Of a stretch of 64,000 bases of DNA, positions 9,923 through 18,082 are shown in pieces. The notes under the pieces are model-generated. The model saw nothing but the letters and a program-made list of their open reading frames with translations, was not told the DNA's origin and did no database searches. Source of the DNA: Chloroflexota bacterium (GTDB taxonomy: Bacteria; Chloroflexota; Chloroflexia; Thermomicrobiales; UBA6265); the NCBI GenBank assembly GCA_023423795.1, contig JAFAEX010000158.1, forward strand, positions 5,627 through 69,626, read 5' to 3'. Position numbers and translations under genes: made by a program. Position 1 is the stretch's first letter. The number at the start of each line of letters is the position of its first letter.

Positions 9923-10039
9923 TGGTCGTCACGTCCCATAGTCGTTCAGTCCACGCCCGGCCCCTCGGCAGGACGGCACCCAATCTCGGGCAGCTTCCGC
10001 GCACCACGAAAGCGGGGGAACGCGCCCCCGCGTCGGGAC

Positions 10040-10068
10040 AGTGTACCACGCCATCCGCCTCCGGTCAG
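10040..10068 (-). promoter_or_regulatory. Candidate sigma70-type promoter of rplU-rpmA (extended -10)
   Basis: Minus strand reads CTGACC-N17-TACACT with TGG (a TGn extended -10) at the 3' end of the spacer. Predicted TSS near 10033, followed at once by a GC hairpin (10012-10031). Confidence 0.45.
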
Positions 10069-10233
10069 GGCGGGCATGGTTGGCGACCCGTCCGCCAAAC
10101 TTCACCGGTTCGTCCCGCTGGTTGCCGGCCGTTTGGTGCGTCCGCCAGGGCCCGCGCCGACGTAGACGTTGACAGCAACCAAACGCGACGTCGCGGCACC
10201 ACCGACCGGGGGGCGCCATAACGGCGGCAGGGC

Positions 10234-11526
10234 ATGCCGCCGCCCGAACCAGGAGACACCACCTTGACCGATGCGACGACCGGCGGGCCGCGCCGGGTGC
10301 TGGCGATGGCCGCCAGCGCAGCCATCATCTTCGGCGCCGGCGTGGCGACCGGACGCGGAGATTCCGGGGTGATCGCCCAGTCTTCGCTCACCGACGTGCC
10401 CGCCTTCCAGACGCTGCAGGATACGTGGGACCTGATCCATTCCGAATGGGCGCTGCCGGAGGAGATCGACCAGCAGGCGCTTCTCTACGGCGCCGCCGCC
10501 GGGATGGTGGACGCCCTCGGGGACGAGGGCCACAGCCGGTTCATGGACCCGGAAGAATCGCGGCGGTTCAGCGAATCCACTTCGGGCTCGTACACCGGGA
10601 TCGGCGTCGAGATCGACTTCCGCGGCCCGCTGCCGGAGGTCGTCGCGCCGATCGACAACTCTCCGGCGGCCGATGCCGGGGTCCGTTCCGGCGACCGCAT
10701 CCTCACCATCGACGGCAGGGAAACGAGCCGGATGGAACTGACCGACGTGTCGGACCACCTGCTCGGCGAAGCAGGCACCGACGTCACCGTCCAGTTCCTC
10801 GGCCGCGATGGCGACGTGCGCGAGGTCACCCTGACGCGGCGCTCGATCCGAGTGGTCCCGGTCAGTTGGCGGATGCTGCCCGACAACGTGGCCCACGTCC
10901 GGATCGCCGAGTTCTCGATCCAGACGACGCGGGAGCTGAAGGCCGCCCTCACGGCCGCCCGCGAGGCAGGGGCCACCGCGCTCGTGCTCGACCTGCGCAA
11001 CAACCCCGGCGGTTTGGTCGCGGAGGCGATCGGCGTCGCCAGCCAGTTCATGGACGAAGGCGTGACCATTTTCCAGGAGCAGGACCGCGACGGCTCGGCC
11101 CGGCCGATCAAGACGGTGGGCCGCTCCGGGCTCTGGCTCGACGCGCCGATGGCGGTGCTGGTCAACGGCGGCAGCGCCTCGGCGGCCGAGATCGTCGGCG
11201 CGGCGCTCTCCGAAAACGGTCGCGCCCAGACCTTCGGCGAGACGACGTTCGGCACCGGCACCGTGCTCGTGCCGTTCCAGCAGCCGGACGGCTCGACCGT
11301 GCTGCTCGGCAACGCGCTCTGGCTCTCGGCCGACGGCGACCGCTTCTGGAAGGAAGGGGTGGACCCGGACGTCGAAGTCGAATTGCCGCTCGACGCCGAC
11401 GTCAGTCGCCCGTCCGACGACACCGATTTGACGCGGGCCGAATTCGACGCGCTGGACGACGAACAGTTGCATGCGGCGTGGGAGTTCCTGGCCGGCGCCG
11501 GCATGGCGACGCCGGCCGCTGAGTAG
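10234..11526 (+). CDS. S41-family C-terminal processing peptidase (PDZ domain)
   Basis: PDZ segment (GIGVEI...AGVRSGDRILTIDG), catalytic region LDLRNNPGGL and GGSASAAE. Confidence 0.88.
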   Translation: MPPPEPGDTTLTDATTGGPRRVLAMAASAAIIFGAGVATGRGDSGVIAQSSLTDVPAFQTLQDTWDLIHSEWALPEEIDQQALLYGAAAGMVDALGDEGHSRFMDPEESRRFSESTSGSYTGIGVEIDFRGPLPEVVAPIDNSPAADAGVRSGDRILTIDGRETSRMELTDVSDHLLGEAGTDVTVQFLGRDGDVREVTLTRRSIRVVPVSWRMLPDNVAHVRIAEFSIQTTRELKAALTAAREAGATALVLDLRNNPGGLVAEAIGVASQFMDEGVTIFQEQDRDGSARPIKTVGRSGLWLDAPMAVLVNGGSASAAEIVGAALSENGRAQTFGETTFGTGTVLVPFQQPDGSTVLLGNALWLSADGDRFWKEGVDPDVEVELPLDADVSRPSDDTDLTRAEFDALDDEQLHAAWEFLAGAGMATPAAE

Positions 11527-11567
11527 GCACGGCCGGCGTCGGCGTCGATGACGACCTGGCGGCCGAC

Positions 11568-11822
11568 TCAGGTCGGGTTCTGGCCGGTGCGCTGGTTGCC
11601 CATGCCCTGCCCGGACCCGAAGCCGCCGGAGGTGATCGTGCCGTCGGCGTCGGTGTCGAGCGTCGGGCCGTTCTCGGCGGCGTCGCGCCGGTTGGCCTGC
11701 TGGAGCAGGCGGGTGGCCTCCTCCGGGGTCATCCGGCCGGCCGCCACCTCGGCCTCGAAATCGGGAACGTTGTCGCCGACGCCAGGTACCGGCACGAAGC
11801 CGCGCTGCTGGAGATCGTCCAT
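11568..11822 (-). CDS. Hypothetical small protein (84 aa)
   Basis: ATG 11822 preceded by GGGAGGAG. Acidic N-half, Gly/Gln-rich tail. No family recognised. Confidence 0.5.
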   Translation of the reverse strand: MDDLQQRGFVPVPGVGDNVPDFEAEVAAGRMTPEEATRLLQQANRRDAAENGPTLDTDADGTITSGGFGSGQGMGNQRTGQNPT

Positions 11823-11980
11823 GGGGGTGCTCCTCCCGGAAACGCGCAGGATGCGCCCCAATGGCGGCGCAAAATTGGTGCCTCCCGCCACGACGGCCCG
11901 AATGTTGCGTTTGCACAACGCCGCGTCTCGTTGCTCATGGTAGGCTGCGAACGCGTCCCCGGTGGGCTGGGCCGGGACGG

Positions 11981-12436
11981 ATGGAGCACGGGGGAACGCC
12001 GGGGATGCAGCAAACGGAGCGGCTACCGAGGTCGGTGGCGCGCCTGTGGGGGATCGCGCAACGGTTTCAGCGTTTCCTGCTGGTCGGCGTCGTCGGCCTG
12101 GCGGTCAACCAGGGCATGCTGATGGTCCTGGCGGGGTCGTTCGGGATGCCGGTGATTGCCGCGTCGCCGGTCGCGATCGTGGCCTCGATGGCCGTCACCT
12201 TCCTGCTCAACGAGACGTGGACCTGGCACGACCGCGGCGCCGGCCGCGTGCTCAACCGGGCGATGCTCTACGGCGCGATCAATTCCGGCGGCCTGCTGAT
12301 CAACTGGGGGGTGCTGGTCTGGCTCGACCACCACGGCATCCTTCATTACCTCGCCGCCAACCTGGTCGGCGCGGGAATCGCCGCCGTCTGGAACTTCGGC
12401 CTCAACAACGCGATCACGTGGCGGGCGGAGGAATGA
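11981..12436 (+). CDS. GtrA-family membrane protein
   Basis: Four hydrophobic helices with the GtrA-like pattern FLLVGVVGLAVNQG...NETWTWHDR...FGLNNAITW. Start could be 11981 or 12006. Confidence 0.75.
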   Translation: MEHGGTPGMQQTERLPRSVARLWGIAQRFQRFLLVGVVGLAVNQGMLMVLAGSFGMPVIAASPVAIVASMAVTFLLNETWTWHDRGAGRVLNRAMLYGAINSGGLLINWGVLVWLDHHGILHYLAANLVGAGIAAVWNFGLNNAITWRAEE

Positions 12437-12608
12437 GTCCTGCGTTTTCGCCACCGGTTGTCCTGAACTACACTCGGTCGCGGCGCCGGGCATCGGCGCG
12501 GCCGGCGAACCCGGCCGGCGGCGAGACCCCGAACCACCCGGCCGCCGCGACGACTCCGGAACGATCGAGCCACCGCGCGCCAGCGACGGGGCCAACCCGA
12601 GCGAGGGA

Positions 12609-14126
12609 TTGACCGTGACGCCTGTTTCCCGCAACGGCTCGACGACCGCCAACGGCCACGACGAGGAGAGCGCCCGCGGCACGACCGTGGTGATGGGCGC
12701 CGGTCCCGGCGGCCTCTGTTCCGCCTACGTGCTGACCAAGGCCGGGCGGCCGGTGACGGTGCTGGAGCGCGCCCCGTTCGTCGGCGGTCTCGCCCGCACC
12801 ATCCGCAAGCAGACCGAGTACGGCGAGTTCAAGTTCGACATCGGCGGCCACCGCTGGTTCACCAAGAACGACGAACTTAACGAGTTGTTCCGCGAGGTCG
12901 TTGCCGACGAACTGCTCTGGGTCAACCGCACCAGCCGCATCTACTTCGACGGCAAGTACGTCGATTACCCGCTCAAGATCTCCAACGCGCTGAAGGCGAT
13001 GGGGCCGGTCGTCGCCGCGAAGGCGATGGCCGACTACGGTCGCACCCGCGCCCAGAACAAGGTCTCCCCGAAGGAGATCGTGTCGATGGAGGACGCCTAC
13101 ATCGACCAGTTCGGGCCGACGCTCTACAAAATGTTCTTCCAGCGCTACTCCGAAAAGGTGTGGGGCCTGCCCTGCGACCAGATGAGCGGCGATTGGGTGT
13201 CCCAGCGCTCCAAGGGCATGTCGCTGGTCACGGCGGTCAAGGATGCGGTGATCCCGTCCAAGGGCGCGGTCGTCTCCCTGATCGACGAGTTCATGTACCC
13301 GCGCGGCGGTTTCGGCCGCTTCTCCGAGCGGATGGCCGACGCGATCGAGTCGGGCGGCAACACCGTGCAACTCGGCACCGGGGTCGAGAAGGTGCTGCGC
13401 GACGGCAACCGCGTCACCGGGGTGCAGGTCAAGCGCGCCGACGGCACGGTGGACGTGGTGGAAGCGGAGAACTTCATCTCCTCGATTCCGTTGACCGTGC
13501 TCGCGAAGATCGTCGATCCGCCCGCTCCGGCGGAGGTGCTGGAGGCGGCGGACAAGCTGACCTTCCGCAACATCATCACCGTCAACCTGATGCTGAAGAA
13601 GCCGCAGGTGACCCCCGATACGTGGCTCTACGTGCACGACCGCAACATCCTGTTCGGCCGCTTCCACGAGCCGAAGAACTGGAGCCCGGACATGGTGCCG
13701 GGGCCGGAGTACACCTCGCTGGTGGTCGAGTACTTCTGTTCCTTCGGCGACGAGATCTGGTCGAAGACCGACGAGGAACTGGTCGAGCAGACGATCCAGC
13801 ACCTCATCTCGGACATGGGCTTCATCACCCGCGACGAGGTGATCGGCGGCTTCGCCATCCGCGCGCCGCGCGCTTACCCGTCCTACGTGATCGGGTACGA
13901 GAAGCCGCTGGAGATCATCAAGGATTTCATCGACACCTTCGAGAACCTGCAGATCATCGGCCGTTACGGCACGTTCCGTTACAACAACACCGACCACTCG
14001 ATCGAGACGGGGCTGCTCGCCGCGAAGAACCTGCTCGGCGAACGGCACGATCTCGACCAGGTCAACGCAGACAAGGAGTACCACGAGATCAAGCGGGTCA
14101 AGGAACCGGAAGCCGCCCGCGCCTGA
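12609..14126 (+). CDS. NAD(P)/FAD-dependent oxidoreductase (amine-oxidase / UDP-galactopyranose-mutase-like fold)
   Basis: Rossmann motif VVMGAGPGGLCSAYVL...LERAPFVGG. TTG start 12609 behind GAGGGA (GTG 12615 is the alternative). C-terminal GRYGTFRYNNTDHS. Confidence 0.8.
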   Translation: MTVTPVSRNGSTTANGHDEESARGTTVVMGAGPGGLCSAYVLTKAGRPVTVLERAPFVGGLARTIRKQTEYGEFKFDIGGHRWFTKNDELNELFREVVADELLWVNRTSRIYFDGKYVDYPLKISNALKAMGPVVAAKAMADYGRTRAQNKVSPKEIVSMEDAYIDQFGPTLYKMFFQRYSEKVWGLPCDQMSGDWVSQRSKGMSLVTAVKDAVIPSKGAVVSLIDEFMYPRGGFGRFSERMADAIESGGNTVQLGTGVEKVLRDGNRVTGVQVKRADGTVDVVEAENFISSIPLTVLAKIVDPPAPAEVLEAADKLTFRNIITVNLMLKKPQVTPDTWLYVHDRNILFGRFHEPKNWSPDMVPGPEYTSLVVEYFCSFGDEIWSKTDEELVEQTIQHLISDMGFITRDEVIGGFAIRAPRAYPSYVIGYEKPLEIIKDFIDTFENLQIIGRYGTFRYNNTDHSIETGLLAAKNLLGERHDLDQVNADKEYHEIKRVKEPEAARA

Positions 14127-14147
14127 TCCTTCCAGTACGACGAGACG

Positions 14148-14180
14148 AACGCCCTCGGGATACTCCCGAGGGCGTTTCGG
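14148..14180 (+). terminator. Terminator-like hairpin after the oxidoreductase gene
   Basis: 12-bp stem AACGCCCTCGGG/CCCGAGGGCGTT, 5-nt loop, short T-run. Confidence 0.6.
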
Positions 14181-14383
14181 CGTCCTGCGACATCCGTTCG
14201 ATCGAACCAGGAATACGTTCACCGGTCGTTGGGGAGGGACCGACCGAATTCCGAATCACTCGGCGTTCCTTGCCAGCGAGGGATGCTGGTTGGGCGACCA
14301 CCGGGTCCGGCGGAATCCGGGTAGTTGCTCCCGCTGCCGCCGCCGGCCGCGGGCAACCACCCGGCGGGTCTCCTCGAGGCCCA

Positions 14384-14648
14384 TTTGTTCGGTATTCTTT
14401 CGGCGTTTATTCGGCATTTATTCGGTCGCGGAACGCCGCGTACGTACGCACCTTCACGTCCGATTTCGAGTTTGTTCGCGCCCCCTCCGACGCACAGCCC
14501 CCGAAACCCCGTTCCGGACGCGCCCGCCCCGACCGCGCGGGCGTGGCTGGGGGGGGGTGCCGAAGAAACCCGGTTTCCGCGTGGTTATGGGAAAACCGCC
14601 GCCGAATAAACGCCGAATCAATACCGAACAAATACCGAACAAATCCGG
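14384..14648. repeat. Inverted pair of 11-bp-phased TTCGG arrays flanking a GC-rich core (MITE-like or protein-binding array)
   Basis: TTCGG at 14388, 14399, 14410, 14421. CCGAA at 14602, 14613, 14624, 14635. Arms share 14-nt and 17-nt identical blocks in inverted orientation. G9 tract at 14559-14567. Confidence 0.8.
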
Positions 14649-14720
14649 CTCGATCGCGTAGCCGGCCCGCCCATCGGCGACGGCGGTTCCAGACCGATCG
14701 GCCGGATTTCGCATCGGTCG

Positions 14721-15605
14721 TCAGCTGGCGAGCAGCACCGACAGGGCGTCCGGGTCGAATTCGCCGCGCCCAACGACCTGGGCGCCGCCGAACACGTCTA
14801 CGCGCTCGATGCGGTCCTGGTGGCCGTGCGCGACCGCATGCAGCAGGCTCGGCCGCCCGATCTCGGCGCCCTGCCGGATATCCAGTTCGACGCCCGGCTC
14901 GGCCAGCCCGTGGCGCACGAGGTGGACGGCGAGCGGTCCCGCCGCCGACCCGCTCGCGGGGTCCTCGACCACGCCCATCGACGGCGAGAACATCCGCGTC
15001 TTCCAGGCGTTCCCGGCGCCGGCGAAGCAGTTGATGCTGACGTTCTCCAACCCGAGTTCGCGGGCGATGGTCACGAGGTCGTACGGGTCGGGATGGAGGT
15101 TGCGGACGGCTTCGCGCGTGTCGAGCCCGACGTAGAGGTTGAGCATCCCGTTGTCGTACACCTCGACCGGCAGGGTGGAGCGCTCCAGCCCGAGCGCGGC
15201 CAGCAGCAAGCCGGGTTCGCGCATCCGGGTGGCGGTCGGCACCGCCTGCCGCATGCTCCCGCCGACCACCCGGTCGTTCTCCCGGCGCAGCGTCACCGGT
15301 GTGGTCCCGATCTTCGTCTCGACGCGGACGACGTCCGGCCCGCCATGTGCGCCGGTCACGACCGCCGCGCCGAGGACGGGATGGCCGGCGAAGTTCAGTT
15401 CGGTCTTCGGCGAAAAGATGCGCAGGCGCACGTCGCCGCCGCGTTCCGGCGGGTAGGCGAACACCGACATCGGGAAGTTGATTTCGCAGGCGAGCGGTTG
15501 CAGCAGTGGTTCGGGGATGGCCGGGCCGTCCGCGAAGACGGCGAGTTGGTTCCCGGCCAGCGGCCGTTCGGTGAAGACATCGACGATGGTGAACGACCAG
15601 GCCAT
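14721..15605 (-). CDS. PhzF-family isomerase-like protein
   Basis: Start MAWSFTIVDVFT at 15605. PhzF pattern VDVFT...GNQLAV...FSP..ELNFAGHP...EDPASGSAAG. Confidence 0.85.
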   Translation of the reverse strand: MAWSFTIVDVFTERPLAGNQLAVFADGPAIPEPLLQPLACEINFPMSVFAYPPERGGDVRLRIFSPKTELNFAGHPVLGAAVVTGAHGGPDVVRVETKIGTTPVTLRRENDRVVGGSMRQAVPTATRMREPGLLLAALGLERSTLPVEVYDNGMLNLYVGLDTREAVRNLHPDPYDLVTIARELGLENVSINCFAGAGNAWKTRMFSPSMGVVEDPASGSAAGPLAVHLVRHGLAEPGVELDIRQGAEIGRPSLLHAVAHGHQDRIERVDVFGGAQVVGRGEFDPDALSVLLAS

Positions 15606-15746
15606 GGACGGCTCCCGCACCCCCGGTGGCGGCTTCCCCACGGTCGAATGGGCGCCACCCTGCATCATCTTGTTTCCCGCAGGATGCCACGAATCCGGCC
15701 GGGCCGCGCTGAACCATCGGCGCGGCCCGGCCGGGAACGGGAAGAA

Positions 15747-16784
15747 TCAGGCCGGGACGGCGACCGGCTGGGCGTCGGCGCCGACCCCGAGCAGGGTTTC
15801 GTGCAGGGCGCGACCCGAGCGCACGATGCCCGCCAGTTCGTCCGGCGTGATCGTTTGCGACCCGTCGCACAGCGCCTGCGCCGGGTCGGGGTGGACCTCG
15901 ACGATCAGGCCGTCGGCACCGCAGGCGAGTCCGGCCAGCGACATCCGGGCGACGAGGTCGCGCCGCCCGGTGCCGTGCGACGGATCGACCACCACCGGCA
16001 GGTGCGACAGGTCCTTCGCGTGGGGAACGGCGTTGAGGTCGAGGTTGAAGCGGAACGCCGGATCGAACCCGCGGATGCCGCGCTCGCAGAGCACGACCTC
16101 GGCGTTCCCCGACGCCATCACGTACTCGGCGGCCATCAGCCATTCCTCGACGGTAGCCGAGAACCCGCGCTTGAGCAGCACCGGCTTGCCGGCCGCGCCC
16201 GCCTTCTTCAGCAGCGGGAAGTTGGCCATGTTGCGCGCGCCGATCTGGAGCATGTCGGCGTACCGCGCCACGAGGCCGACCTGCTCCGGTTCCATCACCT
16301 CGGTGACGACCGGCAGCCCGGTCGCTTCGCGGGCTTCGGCCAGCAACCGCAACCCGTCCTCGCCAAGCCCCTGGAAGGCGTAGGGCGACGTGCGTGGCTT
16401 GAACGCTCCCCCGCGCAGCACGTCCGCCCCGGCCGCCTTCACCGCGCGGGCCGCGTCCAGCAGGGTCGCGCGGTCCTCGACCACGCACGGGCCGGCCATC
16501 ACCACCGGGCGCCCGCCGCCGATGCGGACGTCGCCCAACCGGACGACGGTCGGCGCATTCGGGCGCCCTTCGCGCGACGCCATCATGAACGGCTTGTGCT
16601 TGTCCAGCACGCGGGTGATGCCCGGCAGCGTGAGGACATCTCCCGGCAGCGCGCCGACGACGCCGATGACGGCGCCGCCGTGGCCGTCGTCGGCGCGGCG
16701 GGCTTCGAATCCGGCGCTGGCCGCGGCCGCGATCAGCGCGGGAATGGTCGATTGCGGGGCGTCGGCGGCGATGGAGACGAGCAT
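15747..16784 (-). CDS. aroF: 3-deoxy-7-phosphoheptulonate (DAHP) synthase, type I-beta with N-terminal regulatory domain
   Basis: Core GPCVVE...LRGGAFKPRTSPYAFQGLG...LQIGARNM...KRG...DPSHG. About 90-aa N-terminal ferredoxin-like domain as in Thermotoga-type enzymes. GGAAAGGA RBS before ATG 16784. Confidence 0.9.
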   Translation of the reverse strand: MLVSIAADAPQSTIPALIAAAASAGFEARRADDGHGGAVIGVVGALPGDVLTLPGITRVLDKHKPFMMASREGRPNAPTVVRLGDVRIGGGRPVVMAGPCVVEDRATLLDAARAVKAAGADVLRGGAFKPRTSPYAFQGLGEDGLRLLAEAREATGLPVVTEVMEPEQVGLVARYADMLQIGARNMANFPLLKKAGAAGKPVLLKRGFSATVEEWLMAAEYVMASGNAEVVLCERGIRGFDPAFRFNLDLNAVPHAKDLSHLPVVVDPSHGTGRRDLVARMSLAGLACGADGLIVEVHPDPAQALCDGSQTITPDELAGIVRSGRALHETLLGVGADAQPVAVPA

Positions 16785-16844
16785 TGCGGCGTCCTTTCCG
16801 TTCCGGCTGGTTCGGTGGCGCCCGGTCCGGGAGAGCCGGGCAAC

Positions 16845-16869
16845 AAAAAACCGAGGCGTCTGGCCTCGG
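16845..16869 (-). terminator. Intrinsic terminator inside the aroF 5' leader (attenuator)
   Basis: Minus strand reads CCGAGGC-CAGAC-GCCTCGG followed by TTTTTT. It lies 60 nt upstream of the aroF start and 36 nt downstream of the leader ORF stop. Confidence 0.8.
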
Positions 16870-16905
16870 CTCCCGGCATCTCCGATGGACTGATACGGTC
16901 GGCTC

Positions 16906-17022
16906 CTAGCGCAGTGCCTCCCGTCCCACCAGCGATGCCGGGCAGGTAAACCACGCATAAAAGCCGAACCCGGTGGGTTCGGTGGTCGCGGTCGCCGGCA
17001 TGGTCATCGCTCGGGTGTCCAT
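16906..17022 (-). CDS. Candidate aromatic-amino-acid leader peptide (38 aa) MDTRAMTMPATATTEPTGFGFYAWFTCPASLVGREALR
   Basis: Hand translation of the minus strand. Five aromatic codons among seven (TTC GGC TTT TAT GCG TGG TTT, 16968-16948). The ATG coincides with the predicted TSS. Confidence 0.6.
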   Translation of the reverse strand: MDTRAMTMPATATTEPTGFGFYAWFTCPASLVGREALR

Positions 17023-17028
17023 GGCAGG

Positions 17029-17058
17029 ACCATACCGGCCCACTGCGCGCCCTGTCAA
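17029..17058 (-). promoter_or_regulatory. Candidate sigma70-type promoter of the aroF leader
   Basis: Minus strand reads TTGACA-N18-TATGGT, then CCTGCC, then ATG. This predicts a leaderless leader-peptide mRNA. Confidence 0.55.
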
Positions 17059-17080
17059 CCCTTGCCGCGCAAGGGGTAGC

Positions 17081-17776
17081 ATGAACGCGACCGATTGCGC
17101 GGATTCGCCCGCACCGCCGAGGTTCCCGCTGATGACCGACAAGCCCGCCCCGAGCCCGCTTTCGCTGACGGCCGATCCGCGGCTGGACAACGCGCTGATG
17201 AAGGGCTGGGTCGGTTTCGGCCCGGCGCTGGCGGCGGTCGAACCGGCGCGCGCCGCCCGCTGGTTCGCCCTTCGGCTGGAAGACCCCGAGGTCGCCGAAA
17301 CCGTCGAATCGCTCATGGGCGGCCTCGCGCCGGACGAAGCGGACGGGGACCGGCTCGAATCGCTGCTCGCGTTGGCGGAGATCGCCGAGGAGTTCGACGA
17401 CGACCTGCTGGCCGACACCCTCTGGGAGGGCGCGGTGCGGACGGCGCGCGTCACCGGCGACCCCGACGCGTTGATGGAAGCGACGGGCCGGCTGGCCGCG
17501 ATCGCGGAGCGCCTCGGCGATCCGCTGGTCGCCGCCGAGTACTACATCGATTTCCTCAACTGGCGGCGCAAGCCCGGCCACACGAGCGACCCGGAAGCGG
17601 TGGAGGAGGCGTTCGACGAGATCGTTCGCCTCGCCGAAGTCGATGGCGAACCGAAGGAATCGGCGCTCTGGGCGTACCGGCAGGTGCAGTACACGAAACT
17701 GCTCGAAGCTGAGGACGAGCGGGCCGTGGAAGGCGAATGGGAGGCCGATCCGGCGCCCTATCAGTCCTGGGGGTAG
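17081..17776 (+). CDS. Hypothetical acidic protein (231 aa)
   Basis: ATG 17081 behind AAGGGG. Coding-like composition. Divergent from aroF. No family recognised. Confidence 0.6.
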   Translation: MNATDCADSPAPPRFPLMTDKPAPSPLSLTADPRLDNALMKGWVGFGPALAAVEPARAARWFALRLEDPEVAETVESLMGGLAPDEADGDRLESLLALAEIAEEFDDDLLADTLWEGAVRTARVTGDPDALMEATGRLAAIAERLGDPLVAAEYYIDFLNWRRKPGHTSDPEAVEEAFDEIVRLAEVDGEPKESALWAYRQVQYTKLLEAEDERAVEGEWEADPAPYQSWG

Positions 17777-17791
17777 TGCATTGCTAACCGC

Positions 17792-17940
17792 CGTCATCCC
17801 GAGCCCGCCGAGGGATCTCGTCGCGTCTCGACTCCTCGCCGTCTCGCCTTCTCGACTCCTCGCCGTCTCGCCTTCTCGACTCCTCGACTCCTCGACTCCT
17901 CGACTCGATCACGAGATCCCTCGGCGGGCTCGAGATGACG
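17792..17940. repeat. Family-1 hairpin repeat with internal microsatellite
   Basis: Arms 17792-17820 and 17912-17940. The spacer carries 2 x 24-bp (TCTCGACTCCTCGCCGTCTCGCCT) and then about 4 x 9-bp (CTCGACTCC) tandem units. Confidence 0.85.
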
Positions 17941-18082
17941 ATGACGGCGTAGTGCGGCAGGTATGCCTGATCGGCCCTCCGGCCTCACACGGCACGATCC
18001 CGCAGGATGCCGCCGCCAAGCGCGGTTGTATACTTCCCGGGACCAGCGACGGCGACGAAGCGTGTCCGCGACCGGGGAGGAA

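Noticed and set aside
10003-10031. Attenuator terminator in the rplU leader
   Set aside because: The 7-bp GC hairpin is followed by only 3 U residues. It also sits at the very 5' end of the predicted transcript, so it is more likely a 5' stabilising stem-loop than a regulated terminator.
16872-16945. T-box riboswitch upstream of aroF (GGTGGGACGGGA resembles the T-box core GGTGGTACCGCG)
   Set aside because: Only about 8 of 12 positions match. The leader is about 170 nt, too short for a Stem I/specifier architecture. The motif is about 55 nt from the terminator instead of overlapping it. A leader ORF with an aromatic run explains the region better.
17821-17905. CRISPR-like array (also considered for 62931-63094 and 57366-57700)
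   Set aside because: The units are directly abutting tandem repeats without unique spacers. The unit sizes (9, 24, 82 bp) and the absence of cas genes do not fit CRISPR.
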